This document shows positions 45,331-54,045 of a stretch of 64,000 nt of DNA, piece by piece. The stretch comes from a virus. The stretch's first letter is position 1. Every line of letters begins with the position of its first letter. Below the pieces are notes generated by a model. That model saw nothing but the letters and a program-made list of their open reading frames with translations, did no database searches and was not told where the DNA came from. The stretch lies in IMG/VR virus record IMGVR_UViG_3300044648_000427; one strand, 5' to 3'. The translations under genes and the position numbers were made by a program.

Positions 45331-45642
45331 ATGGTAACAGAAAAAGAGAGAGTTTGGCAGAAAAATTACGTATTAAAAATTAAACAAAAATCAATCGGAT
45401 ATTACAGTAATTATACCTATGAATGCAAATGTTGTGGCGAAGATGATTTCAATAAATTAACTATAGATCACATTAATGGTGGAGGAATGTATCACACTTG
45501 TGCACTTAAACGTCAAGGGTGGCCATTTCATAAATGGTTAATAGATGAAGGTTATCCTGATGGATATCAAATATTATGTAAAAGGTGTAATTGCATAAAA
45601 GGTAAAAAACCAGAATGTAATTGCCAATCAAAAGTTAATTAA
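45331..45642 (+). CDS. minimal HNH endonuclease
   Basis: CKCC...LTIDHINGGG...YPDGYQILCKRCNCIK. Confidence 0.75.
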   Translation: MVTEKERVWQKNYVLKIKQKSIGYYSNYTYECKCCGEDDFNKLTIDHINGGGMYHTCALKRQGWPFHKWLIDEGYPDGYQILCKRCNCIKGKKPECNCQSKVN

Positions 45643-45677
45643 AAACACTTAAATAACGAACAAACTATCAATTCTTT

Positions 45678-45890
45678 ATGGGTTATTTTGTATGTAAAGG
45701 AATGTGTAAACGTTTACACGGATATGAAAAAGGTCACGTAAAATATATGATGGAAGGAAAAAAATGGTGCTTTCAATGTAATTATAAAATAAAAATTGAT
45801 TCACTTAGATGTGATTGTTGTGGTTCACTATATAGAGTAAAATCACGAAGACCTAGACCTATAGTGGTATTAGCAGCTTTGGCGAGTTAA
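45678..45890 (+). CDS. Cys-rich protein
   Basis: CKGMC, WCFQC, RCDCCG..YR.KSR. Confidence 0.6.
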   Translation: MGYFVCKGMCKRLHGYEKGHVKYMMEGKKWCFQCNYKIKIDSLRCDCCGSLYRVKSRRPRPIVVLAALAS

Positions 45891-45893
45891 GAA

Positions 45894-46091
45894 ATGAATC
45901 CAATAACTGATAACTTTGTATATATCTTAATGGCGGATATTGGTGAATATTCTGAGTTTTTTGGAGTATTTGATTCAGAAGAAAAAGCAAGAAAGAGATT
46001 GGATGAATTCGCTTTCTATGTTAGAGATGTCTATTATATTATTAAACAGGAATTAAACTATCCAGAAGAAAAAGAAACTATTGATATATAA
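45894..46091 (+). CDS. hypothetical protein
   Basis: VYIL...GVFDSEEKA pattern. Confidence 0.6.
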   Translation: MNPITDNFVYILMADIGEYSEFFGVFDSEEKARKRLDEFAFYVRDVYYIIKQELNYPEEKETIDI

Positions 46092-46235
46092 TTTACTATC
46101 ATAAAGTTTAAATACTAGATCCACATATATAATATCAATCGATTAACGCCAAATTTTGGTGCGAGAAGAGTTAAGTACCGGGTAATATCTTGACTAAAAC
46201 TTTTTTATTATAAAAAATTTAAAAAAAAATAGAGA

Positions 46236-46631
46236 TTAATCTCTTTTGTCGTTCTTTTTGTGAGCGTCACCGCTTTTACCGGGGTCGTTACCATAACCTT
46301 GGTCATCGTCACCGGGGTTGTCAGCATAAGCAGATGGAATGTTCAACATAAAGTTGTTATTTCCGGGCTTGTGATTTGGTGGGTCATTTCCTCCGCCTTG
46401 GTTGTCATCTGATGGACTATCTTTCTTCTTACTTACTTCTGTTATTTGAGAATCTAAGATATAGTCATTGTTATTATTGTTGTTATCATTGCCTTTATTG
46501 TTGTTGTTTCCTTTGTTGTTATCATTTCCTTTGTTATTTGCGAATGCATCAAATGATGCAACGGTTGGTGCTATTGCAACTAGTGCTAATGCGAAGACTA
46601 GTGCATAGATTCCTAATGTTTGATTTTTCAT
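46236..46631 (-). CDS. secreted Asn/Asp-rich low-complexity protein
   Basis: Signal peptide; NNKGND repeats; DDxQGxGNDP twice. Confidence 0.6.
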   Translation of the reverse strand: MKNQTLGIYALVFALALVAIAPTVASFDAFANNKGNDNNKGNNNNKGNDNNNNNNDYILDSQITEVSKKKDSPSDDNQGGGNDPPNHKPGNNNFMLNIPSAYADNPGDDDQGYGNDPGKSGDAHKKNDKRD

Positions 46632-46724
46632 CCTTTGTTGTTACAAGTCTACGATATTTAAGTGTTGCTACAAAAGGTTTAATAATATAGAAATAGTTAA
46701 ATATTTGTATAGGACAATTTAAAC

Positions 46725-47084
46725 ATGTTAAAATTCGACAACATTGAACAATTATTAACAGAAAAGAAAATTCCATGCATCCTAGCTGACATAAGTGAAT
46801 CTAATTCTTCTTATACATTAGATTATATATATAAAGATCTTAAGCAAAACAGTGATATTTTAGATGATATATCAAAACTTTTACAAGATATACACAAAGT
46901 AGTTCCAAATGAACGATTTCATTTCGAAGTATTTATTAATAGTAATAATAATTATGTATATAGACTTCAAAGAAGAACAGAAAATGGAAGTAAATCAGTA
47001 CCTTATGTACATTCAGATAGTATAAGATGGTTTTTTAATCACTTGCAAATATTTTATACAGGTATATGTATAAATGTGATATAG
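46725..47084 (+). CDS. hypothetical protein
   Basis: ORF track. Confidence 0.5.
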   Translation: MLKFDNIEQLLTEKKIPCILADISESNSSYTLDYIYKDLKQNSDILDDISKLLQDIHKVVPNERFHFEVFINSNNNYVYRLQRRTENGSKSVPYVHSDSIRWFFNHLQIFYTGICINVI

Positions 47085-47100
47085 TGAGGAAGTGTAATCT

Positions 47101-47286
47101 ATGAGGTGTATGTTCTGTAGTGGTGAAGATGAGTATGAATACAACAAACTCCTCCCAATAGAAAGAAAATATCCTGATGGATCTCATACGATATATGCTA
47201 CTCATATAGACTGTTTACATGATGCATCTTTCATTAAATCAGAGTATGAAGATTTAAAGAAAATGATTAAAAAACTTGTTAAATAA
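47101..47286 (+). CDS. CxxC...HxxC micro-protein
   Basis: CMFC...HIDC. Confidence 0.55.
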   Translation: MRCMFCSGEDEYEYNKLLPIERKYPDGSHTIYATHIDCLHDASFIKSEYEDLKKMIKKLVK

Positions 47287-47321
47287 AAAACCTTAAATAT
47301 ATCTAAACTCATTTACTTTTA

Positions 47322-48122
47322 TTGAACATACCTGACGCTGACGAAGATTTCATTCACTGTGAATTCCTTAACCTAAAAAAACAATATTCAAATATTAATA
47401 TTGGATTTGCCGTTATAACAGGCTCGGATTCTTATGGATTCAAGTCTGAAAATAGTGATCATGATATCCGTGGAGTTTTTTACTATAACACAAAAGACCA
47501 ACTCAAGTTATTTAATAATAAACAATCCAATTTTAATTATACATTAAAAGAAAAATATGATTTCGTACTTACTGAGGTCGATAACTTTATTAAAAACATT
47601 GTTAGAATGAATTGTACAACTCTAGAACAGTTATTTTCGCCCTTCATACTATACTGTAATCCACCTTTTGAAAAACTTAAAAACGTAGTAAGTAACAATC
47701 TTGCATCCAAAGGTATATACGAATCATATCATGGAATGGCTACATTTAATTATAAGCATTATATTGAATCAGAGTCAAAAGCTACCATAAAGAAGTGGCT
47801 ATATGTAATTCGTGCATATTTATCTGGAATTTATGCATTAAAATACGGGAAAGTTGAACAGAATATTCTATCATTACTTGCTGCTAAACTAGTAAATTAT
47901 GAACAATCCCAATTAATAGATGATCTCGTTGTTATGAAACTACATAATAAGGAAGATTCCCCAGTTACCGATTACAAGTTATTGAAAGAAGAATTATTAC
48001 AACTCAGAGAAGAATTAAATCATAGACTTGAAACCCATTATAAAGAATGTAAGTTACCTAAGGAATCAACAGAAATATTTAAAGATTATTTGGATTATTG
48101 GATAGTGGATTTGAGAGAATGA
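47322..48122 (+). CDS. Pol-beta superfamily nucleotidyltransferase (RlaP/YcgL-like)
   Basis: GSDSYGF.SENSDHDIRGVF, LEQLFSP, KKWLYVIRAYL. Confidence 0.75.
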   Translation: MNIPDADEDFIHCEFLNLKKQYSNINIGFAVITGSDSYGFKSENSDHDIRGVFYYNTKDQLKLFNNKQSNFNYTLKEKYDFVLTEVDNFIKNIVRMNCTTLEQLFSPFILYCNPPFEKLKNVVSNNLASKGIYESYHGMATFNYKHYIESESKATIKKWLYVIRAYLSGIYALKYGKVEQNILSLLAAKLVNYEQSQLIDDLVVMKLHNKEDSPVTDYKLLKEELLQLREELNHRLETHYKECKLPKESTEIFKDYLDYWIVDLRE

Positions 48123-48442
48123 ATGAAGGAATGCTTGCAGCAATAATAATGTTAGTAGTAATATTTTCTGTTATATGGATAGGGATTTACATTTCTAAAA
48201 TTGATTTCCCAGACCCTGATAAACGCACTTTATTTATTTACGATAAACAAATGAGTTCTAATGGGTTTCTTAGTTCAGCTAGTTATTATGTAGCAGGATT
48301 TGATGAAAATAATACTAAAGTTGTTTTAGAACTTAAATTTTCAGGAGATATTATGAAAACTGAATTAAATAAGACTAATATTTATGAATGTCCTCATGGA
48401 ACAGATTTCTACTGTACATACATAGATACACTTAAATATTAA
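48119..48442 (+). CDS. membrane-anchored protein
   Basis: N-terminal TM helix; coupled ATG 48119. Confidence 0.55.
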   Translation: MNEGMLAAIIMLVVIFSVIWIGIYISKIDFPDPDKRTLFIYDKQMSSNGFLSSASYYVAGFDENNTKVVLELKFSGDIMKTELNKTNIYECPHGTDFYCTYIDTLKY

Positions 48443-48460
48443 AAATTATTATCAATTTTT

Positions 48461-48763
48461 ATGAATGAAAAAATTTTCATTATAACATTCGTAATGGCCG
48501 CAATTGTTTTACCAACAGCTTGGTCAGAAATAGATCCTGAAACATATATTAACCAAACAAGAGATGAAATAGCCAAATTCAATTCGTCAAATACTCTAAA
48601 CTTTACTGGTAGCGAGAACTTTACTGATTCAAATGGAAACACCTTTCAAGGTAATAACTTGGATATGAAAAATAAAGTTAAAATTATAAATCAAACAAAT
48701 TGGCCGATTTGTGGATTATTTAATTTGCCGTCTGAACAAGAATATCGCTGTCACACAGCATAA
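48461..48763 (+). CDS. secreted putative glycoprotein
   Basis: Signal peptide; five N-x-S/T sequons. Confidence 0.55.
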   Translation: MNEKIFIITFVMAAIVLPTAWSEIDPETYINQTRDEIAKFNSSNTLNFTGSENFTDSNGNTFQGNNLDMKNKVKIINQTNWPICGLFNLPSEQEYRCHTA

Positions 48764-48766
48764 AGT

Positions 48767-49297
48767 TCAAGCTTCAGATTCTTCCCCATTTACTGTACTT
48801 TCTTCTACCAAATCAGCATGAACATATTTCAATACTAAAGTCAAGTCAAGTTCCTTTGATATAATATTTTCATCTGTTGCAAATCCTTCACACACATTAT
48901 CATTCTCATAATCATCAAACCACACACATACTTTATAACTATCTAGTCGGCCATCGGTAAGAGGAATTAAAATTGTATTATTATCAATTAATTCAGTAAT
49001 TGGAGCTACTTTATCGAAACCAAAAGTTCCACTTGATTTCATTTGGACTGTATAAGTTAATTTAAATTTATCATAAATTTCTTTAATTATATTATCATTT
49101 ATATCAATCTTTAATTTGACTAATAATTTTCTATCAGTTTGATTAGTAGGTTCTATATAATGAAAGAAGTTGGGTGAAACTGTTCCGCCTTTCTGATCAG
49201 GTTTTGGTTGTACCCAATACCCCCATGTCTCATTTTGCTGTGCCGCTACACTGACTACTCCGAAGAGCAATACAGCTATTGTTAATTGTGCTAACAT
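48767..49297 (-). CDS. secreted protein
   Basis: Signal peptide; several sequons; leaderless promoter. Confidence 0.6.
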   Translation of the reverse strand: MLAQLTIAVLLFGVVSVAAQQNETWGYWVQPKPDQKGGTVSPNFFHYIEPTNQTDRKLLVKLKIDINDNIIKEIYDKFKLTYTVQMKSSGTFGFDKVAPITELIDNNTILIPLTDGRLDSYKVCVWFDDYENDNVCEGFATDENIISKELDLTLVLKYVHADLVEESTVNGEESEA

Positions 49298-49362
49298 GTA
49301 CTATATATAGTGGGTAATTAATATAAATGTATCTTATATACTAATTTACTGTTATACTTTTC

Positions 49363-49512
49363 ATGAAAGAATTCCATAATATAAAATACCCATGTGGATG
49401 TAAAATCAATACAGTAAATATTATGTACGAAAGTGAAGAAAAGTTTCTCCCTATAGAATTTATTATTTGTGAAACTCATAAAAAAGAATTCGAAGATAAA
49501 CGTTGGAGATAA
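49363..49512 (+). CDS. CGC...CxxH family micro-protein (49 aa)
   Basis: Hand translation YPCGC...ICETHKKEF; paralogue of 12738 and 14261. Confidence 0.6.
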   Translation: MKEFHNIKYPCGCKINTVNIMYESEEKFLPIEFIICETHKKEFEDKRWR

Positions 49513-49751
49513 TAAGAAGACCGATATTTGATTGGGTAGTAGTAATTATTGTACTCTCAATTTTTTTTAGTTTAGCTTATTTAGTTTATGATAAAGATGG
49601 AACTTCATTAAAAACTGATTGTATTCATACAAATTCAACAGAATTTGTAGCAATTTTTATGAATTGCCCTTCAGTTATTGATAATTATGTAAAAAAAGGT
49701 TGGAATATAAGCACTTTTGGGGATAATTTAGTCTATCTTTGGAAGCAATAA
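49503..49751 (+). CDS. membrane-anchored protein
   Basis: TM helix. Confidence 0.5.
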   Translation: MEIIRRPIFDWVVVIIVLSIFFSLAYLVYDKDGTSLKTDCIHTNSTEFVAIFMNCPSVIDNYVKKGWNISTFGDNLVYLWKQ

Positions 49752-49752
49752 A

Positions 49753-50100
49753 TTATTTGTGAGAAGCTTTAAAATGTTCTGTAAACTTTAATATTGATTT
49801 AAGTAAACGTTTACTGGCCTGTCTCCCATCATAATTATAATACATTTCTATACTTAAATCGTGGCATGTTTCACAATATTTACGATTTCCTACTGTTGCA
49901 TAATATTTTGTTCTATCATGTGCCCATCCTGCTATACAATATTGACAATCCATCATGGAAAAATAAGGTTTACCAAACTTACTACTTGTACTTGGAGGAG
50001 TAGCCAATTCATCATCTCTAAGTAAATTTGCAACATATGACGAAATTGGATATAATTCCTCGTAAGCTTTTTGTTTTAACTCTTTAAATTCTGCATCCAT
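49753..50100 (-). CDS. Zn-binding protein
   Basis: CQYCIAGWAH...CETC...H. Confidence 0.55.
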   Translation of the reverse strand: MDAEFKELKQKAYEELYPISSYVANLLRDDELATPPSTSSKFGKPYFSMMDCQYCIAGWAHDRTKYYATVGNRKYCETCHDLSIEMYYNYDGRQASKRLLKSILKFTEHFKASHK

Positions 50101-50155
50101 ATATTATATATTTTTTTATGAAACAGTTATATATATGTGTATCTAAATTATTTGT

Positions 50156-50425
50156 ATGAAGCAATGTTATTGCGGATGTGGTACTGAAGCGGAACTTGAG
50201 AATTTTGATGAAGCAAAAAGTAGACCAATAGATGGAAATAAGTATGATCAATTATGGCTTTGCCCAAGAGATCAAATAATACCAAAATCTCATATGATGT
50301 TTGAATTTGATAAAGTAGAATCAGGAAATGGGGTTACTATATATAATCGTTATGGTGATATAATCTATTATGGGCCATTTAGTTCAGAACCTTGTCCATG
50401 TTTAGGAAAGAGGGTGCCAATTTAA
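50156..50425 (+). CDS. Cys-rich protein
   Basis: CYCGCG...C...CPC. Confidence 0.55.
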   Translation: MKQCYCGCGTEAELENFDEAKSRPIDGNKYDQLWLCPRDQIIPKSHMMFEFDKVESGNGVTIYNRYGDIIYYGPFSSEPCPCLGKRVPI

Positions 50426-50832
50426 TGGGTACAAACTTTTATACTCTTAGGGGTAAACACATAGGTAAACGTTCTGCCGCAGGACTCTATTGTTGGAATT
50501 GCAATACCACGTTATGTAAAGAAGGAGAAGAGAGTGTTCACAATTCATTTGGATATGAATGTCATAATGATGGAAAAAGTATAGTAGAATCACTGAATGA
50601 TTATATTAATCATATAGATCAATTTTGGTATGATGAATGTCCTAAATGTCACGAAAAAACCGCTGTAAAACCTTGCTCTTCATTCTCGTGGGATGTGAAT
50701 CCAAGTAAGATAAGTAAATTGAAATATGTAAAATCCGAATATGGAGATAAAATTACAAAAGAAGAGTTTCTTAATATGTTAGATGGATGTCCGATACGAT
50801 TTTTCAATAGTATAGGAACAGATTTCAGTTGA
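50425..50832 (+). CDS. hypothetical protein
   Basis: MGTNFY...HIGKRSAAG...CWNC...CPKC; start moved to 50425. Confidence 0.6.
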   Translation: MGTNFYTLRGKHIGKRSAAGLYCWNCNTTLCKEGEESVHNSFGYECHNDGKSIVESLNDYINHIDQFWYDECPKCHEKTAVKPCSSFSWDVNPSKISKLKYVKSEYGDKITKEEFLNMLDGCPIRFFNSIGTDFS

Positions 50833-51125
50833 AAAAGTTTAAAAATTGGTATAGAGTTACAATGGATATTGATGGAAATAGCTACAGCTTTTTAGATGAA
50901 TATGATCAGGAAATTGTATATTTTAAGGAATCTTTTATAACAGATGAAGTTCGTCCTGTATTAGTTGCATTAGTTAACGCTGACTCGGAAGAACATGCAA
51001 TCAAGAAAACAGGTGAAATTAGAATCAGATTCAAACATGCCAATGTTTTTCCTGCACATTTAACAGATTTACGTACAATTAAAGGTAAAAAATTCCATCC
51101 CCGCACATGTGAGGAAATTATTTAG
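50829..51125 (+). CDS. hypothetical protein
   Basis: ORF track. Confidence 0.5.
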   Translation: MKKFKNWYRVTMDIDGNSYSFLDEYDQEIVYFKESFITDEVRPVLVALVNADSEEHAIKKTGEIRIRFKHANVFPAHLTDLRTIKGKKFHPRTCEEII

Positions 51126-51321
51126 TTTCATCTTTTTTTCTTAAATCAGTATTCATATCATCTTTTTGCCTCTTCCACCATTCTTCGACTTCTTGGGCTT
51201 CTATAGTAAATTGAGTTTTCCACATGTCACGGCAAATAATATATAATGTAATTCCAATTATTGCAACAAATATACTTAAAGCTAGAATTATTGGCCACAT
51301 CGATAAGTTCATAAGTAACAT
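51118..51321 (-). CDS. single-TM protein
   Basis: TM helix. Confidence 0.5.
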   Translation of the reverse strand: MLLMNLSMWPIILALSIFVAIIGITLYIICRDMWKTQFTIEAQEVEEWWKRQKDDMNTDLRKKDETK

Positions 51322-51339
51322 TTCTTATTTATAAGCATT

Positions 51340-51684
51340 ATGGTTAAACTTAAAGCAGAAATAGCTCAAATTCTTAAAAAATTCTTTATAGAATATACTA
51401 AAAAAACTCATATAAGTAATTGGAAAGATCCTGAGTCTTTCTTTAGACCTGAAAATATGATAGATGAAGTAGTTAAAGAATGCCAAGATTTCGAAGATAT
51501 GTATGCTGAAAATATTCTTGAAGCTATTGAGAAAAGATTAGATGATAGATTAACTACTGAAAAACGTACTATGGATGAGTTATTGAAAACAGGGCGATTT
51601 AAAGAGGATAGCCCAGTAATTGTTAGGATTGGTTCAAGAATTGAAGCGTTTGTTGCAATGAAGAAAATATTGAATTTATATTAA
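51340..51684 (+). CDS. SLREEI-family-like protein
   Basis: KLKAEI...ILEAIEKRLDD. Confidence 0.55.
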   Translation: MVKLKAEIAQILKKFFIEYTKKTHISNWKDPESFFRPENMIDEVVKECQDFEDMYAENILEAIEKRLDDRLTTEKRTMDELLKTGRFKEDSPVIVRIGSRIEAFVAMKKILNLY

Positions 51685-51723
51685 ACCGATAATCTTAAAT
51701 ATATCAATAAGCGTATATTCTGT

Positions 51724-51978
51724 ATGTCAGTAAGAGAGCAAATAGAAGATGTATTTAATTCTATTGAAGAAAAACCTAATTTTGTAGATGCAGTTGATTA
51801 TACTGATGAAGTTCTTGATATAATTACAGCTTCTATTGATGATAGAATTGATCAAATTAGATCAGATTATGGATTCAATGATGAAATAAATCCTGATTAT
51901 TTGAACGATGTTGACGAATTTGAGGCTTATGCACAAATATTGGAATTAGAAGATTTACGAGATGAATTATTGGAATGA
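51724..51978 (+). CDS. SLREEI-family-like protein
   Basis: SVREQI...IDDRID...LRDELLE. Confidence 0.6.
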   Translation: MSVREQIEDVFNSIEEKPNFVDAVDYTDEVLDIITASIDDRIDQIRSDYGFNDEINPDYLNDVDEFEAYAQILELEDLRDELLE

Positions 51979-52178
51979 TCAAAGTTATGGGAGAAGGGGT
52001 TATGAAAGAGTTTATTCCTAACGATTATTACAGAAAAAAATTCAGTAAAATTTTTGATAATATAATAGATGAGACTTGGGAAACAATTCCAAAACCACTT
52101 AATAAAGAGTGTATTTGGGAAGATTATAGTAAAAGTTTCAGCTTAATGAAAAAATTGAAGGGTATATTTAATGAATAA
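51975..52178 (+). CDS. hypothetical protein
   Basis: ORF track; ATGA coupled. Confidence 0.5.
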   Translation: MIKVMGEGVMKEFIPNDYYRKKFSKIFDNIIDETWETIPKPLNKECIWEDYSKSFSLMKKLKGIFNE

Positions 52179-52288
52179 ATTATGTGCGTTTGAATTTTGT
52201 CAAGAGGAAATTCCAAATTCTAGTGCTTTATCTGACAAAGTAGTAATTTTCTGTTCTTCTGATTGTTATATGTGGGATGAGATACAGA

Positions 52289-52456
52289 ATGACTAATAAT
52301 GTTTGTTGTTTATGTAGAAGAAAAATATGGTTTTTCCAAAAAGGGATAAAAATCTCTAACAGATCTTTTCATAAAAAATGTAACCCAGAAGATAGAGTTA
52401 AAATAATATTAGAAATATTAGCAAAAAGTTTGGAAAAGGAGGAACAAGAAGAATGA
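52289..52456 (+). CDS. 55-aa CxxC...HxxC micro-protein
   Basis: Hand translation CCLCRRKIWFFQK...FHKKC; paralogue of 18276. Confidence 0.6.
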   Translation: MTNNVCCLCRRKIWFFQKGIKISNRSFHKKCNPEDRVKIILEILAKSLEKEEQEE

Positions 52457-52686
52457 ATAAAGAAGAAAGATTAAATACTACTAAAGGACAAAGATTATCT
52501 AGATTTTTAGAAGATAAAATGGATGAATATGAAAGTTCATCAAGATTAAGTCCATCCACTAATGCAGCAATGGCATATAGTCATGCTTTATCCATCTTAG
52601 AAAATATGACTGACGATGAATTCAATGAAATAACATATGGTAGTGAAGATTATATAGATGGATATGTAATTGGAGATGGAACTTGA
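52453..52686 (+). CDS. acidic hypothetical protein
   Basis: ORF track. Confidence 0.55.
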   Translation: MNKEERLNTTKGQRLSRFLEDKMDEYESSSRLSPSTNAAMAYSHALSILENMTDDEFNEITYGSEDYIDGYVIGDGT

Positions 52687-52688
52687 TT

Positions 52689-52820
52689 ATGGAAGACGAT
52701 TTTGATGATCAATTTCAGGAATATACAGAATGTTGGTTATGTGAAAATGAGGATTGGTGTGCAATTCCCGGTATTGATTGGGAAGGAGATCCAATATGTA
52801 GGAGTTGTTATAATAATTGA
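52689..52820 (+). CDS. 43-aa C4 micro-protein
   Basis: Hand translation MEDDFDDQFQEYTECWLCENEDWC...ICRSCYNN. Confidence 0.55.
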   Translation: MEDDFDDQFQEYTECWLCENEDWCAIPGIDWEGDPICRSCYNN

Positions 52821-53097
52821 GAAAAGGAGAGAAATTATATTCTAAAATAGCACTAAAATTTTTAAATAGGGAAATTGAATATTCTGGTTTAGACAATCAT
52901 GATGCGAATGTTGGATCTGAATTGAGAGAAATGACAGATGAGGAATTCGATGAAATACTAAATGGCTCATAATCGATGGTGTGATAAGTGTGAAAAAACA
53001 ACTGAACATGTCTACATTAATTCGAATAAGACTTTAGATATTTGTATGGATCATGAACATAGAATGAAAGATATTGAAGAGGAGTATGAAATAGAAT

Positions 53098-53286
53098 ATG
53101 AAAAATGATAAAATTAGAAAGGGTGAAAAAATCTATAATTATCTAGAAGAAGAGGCAAAAGAATATTTAGCTAGTAAAGGGAAGGATTTATTTACGCCTT
53201 ATGATAATGATATAATTTATAGGGAAATCATTCATAATTTACGTTGGAAATTGGAAGACGAGGAGTTAGAAAAGATACTTGATTAA
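53098..53286 (+). CDS. hypothetical protein
   Basis: ORF track. Confidence 0.5.
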   Translation: MKNDKIRKGEKIYNYLEEEAKEYLASKGKDLFTPYDNDIIYREIIHNLRWKLEDEELEKILD

Positions 53287-53470
53287 ATTCATTTGTGATA
53301 ATTGTGGTGCAGATGCCGTTTATAAATTCAATTGGGAATTTATATATTTAGGGAGTGAAAGTGATGTTCCTGCTCCATTCAATGAAGGAAAAGATCATGC
53401 ATGTGAGGAATGTAAGAACCGTATAGGTATATTTCTAGTTACTCGTAAACCGTGGGTTAAGGATGAATAA
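53279..53470 (+). CDS. C4 micro-protein
   Basis: FICDNCG...ACEEC. Confidence 0.6.
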   Translation: MIKFICDNCGADAVYKFNWEFIYLGSESDVPAPFNEGKDHACEECKNRIGIFLVTRKPWVKDE

Positions 53471-53712
53471 ATTACTTCTTCTTTTTCTTTTTCCACATAA
53501 TAAAGTTTAAATATTACTACTCTGATTATAGAATTATAAAAATCCTAAAAAGTTAGGTGAAAAGGGCCGTACTGTCTTCTACGGTTCAAAAGGGGTTATA
53601 GGTGAAGGTATGTTACTATATGTAATAAACTAGATATAATCAAGTTCTTTAATTTAACGGAAGAACGAAGAGATTAATAATAGATAAATATAAGCATTTT
53701 TCTATTATTATT

Positions 53713-54012
53713 ATGTCATTTAAATATAACGATAAACTTGTAATCCGTGATAGAGAACAGATGGAGGATTTATTTAAACATAGATTAAGGCTTTTTGATG
53801 AAACAAGAACTAAAACTATATCATTTACTAATAATACAGGTAAAGTTTTACACCTAAAAGGAACTTTTGACCGTAGTAAAAATATTCTTAATCTTGTCAT
53901 CGAAGAAAATCCCAGAATGGCTTTTTCTAATGATAAAGATGTGGATTTAATATTGGACTATGGAGGAAAAGCTCAAATTAGCTTAATTGCTAGAGTCGAT
54001 TTGGAAGATTAA
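53713..54012 (+). CDS. hypothetical protein
   Basis: ORF track; directly upstream of the M4 protease. Confidence 0.55.
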   Translation: MSFKYNDKLVIRDREQMEDLFKHRLRLFDETRTKTISFTNNTGKVLHLKGTFDRSKNILNLVIEENPRMAFSNDKDVDLILDYGGKAQISLIARVDLED

Positions 54013-54045
54013 CTCTTTAATAGAATAAAATCTCTATTTTTATTC

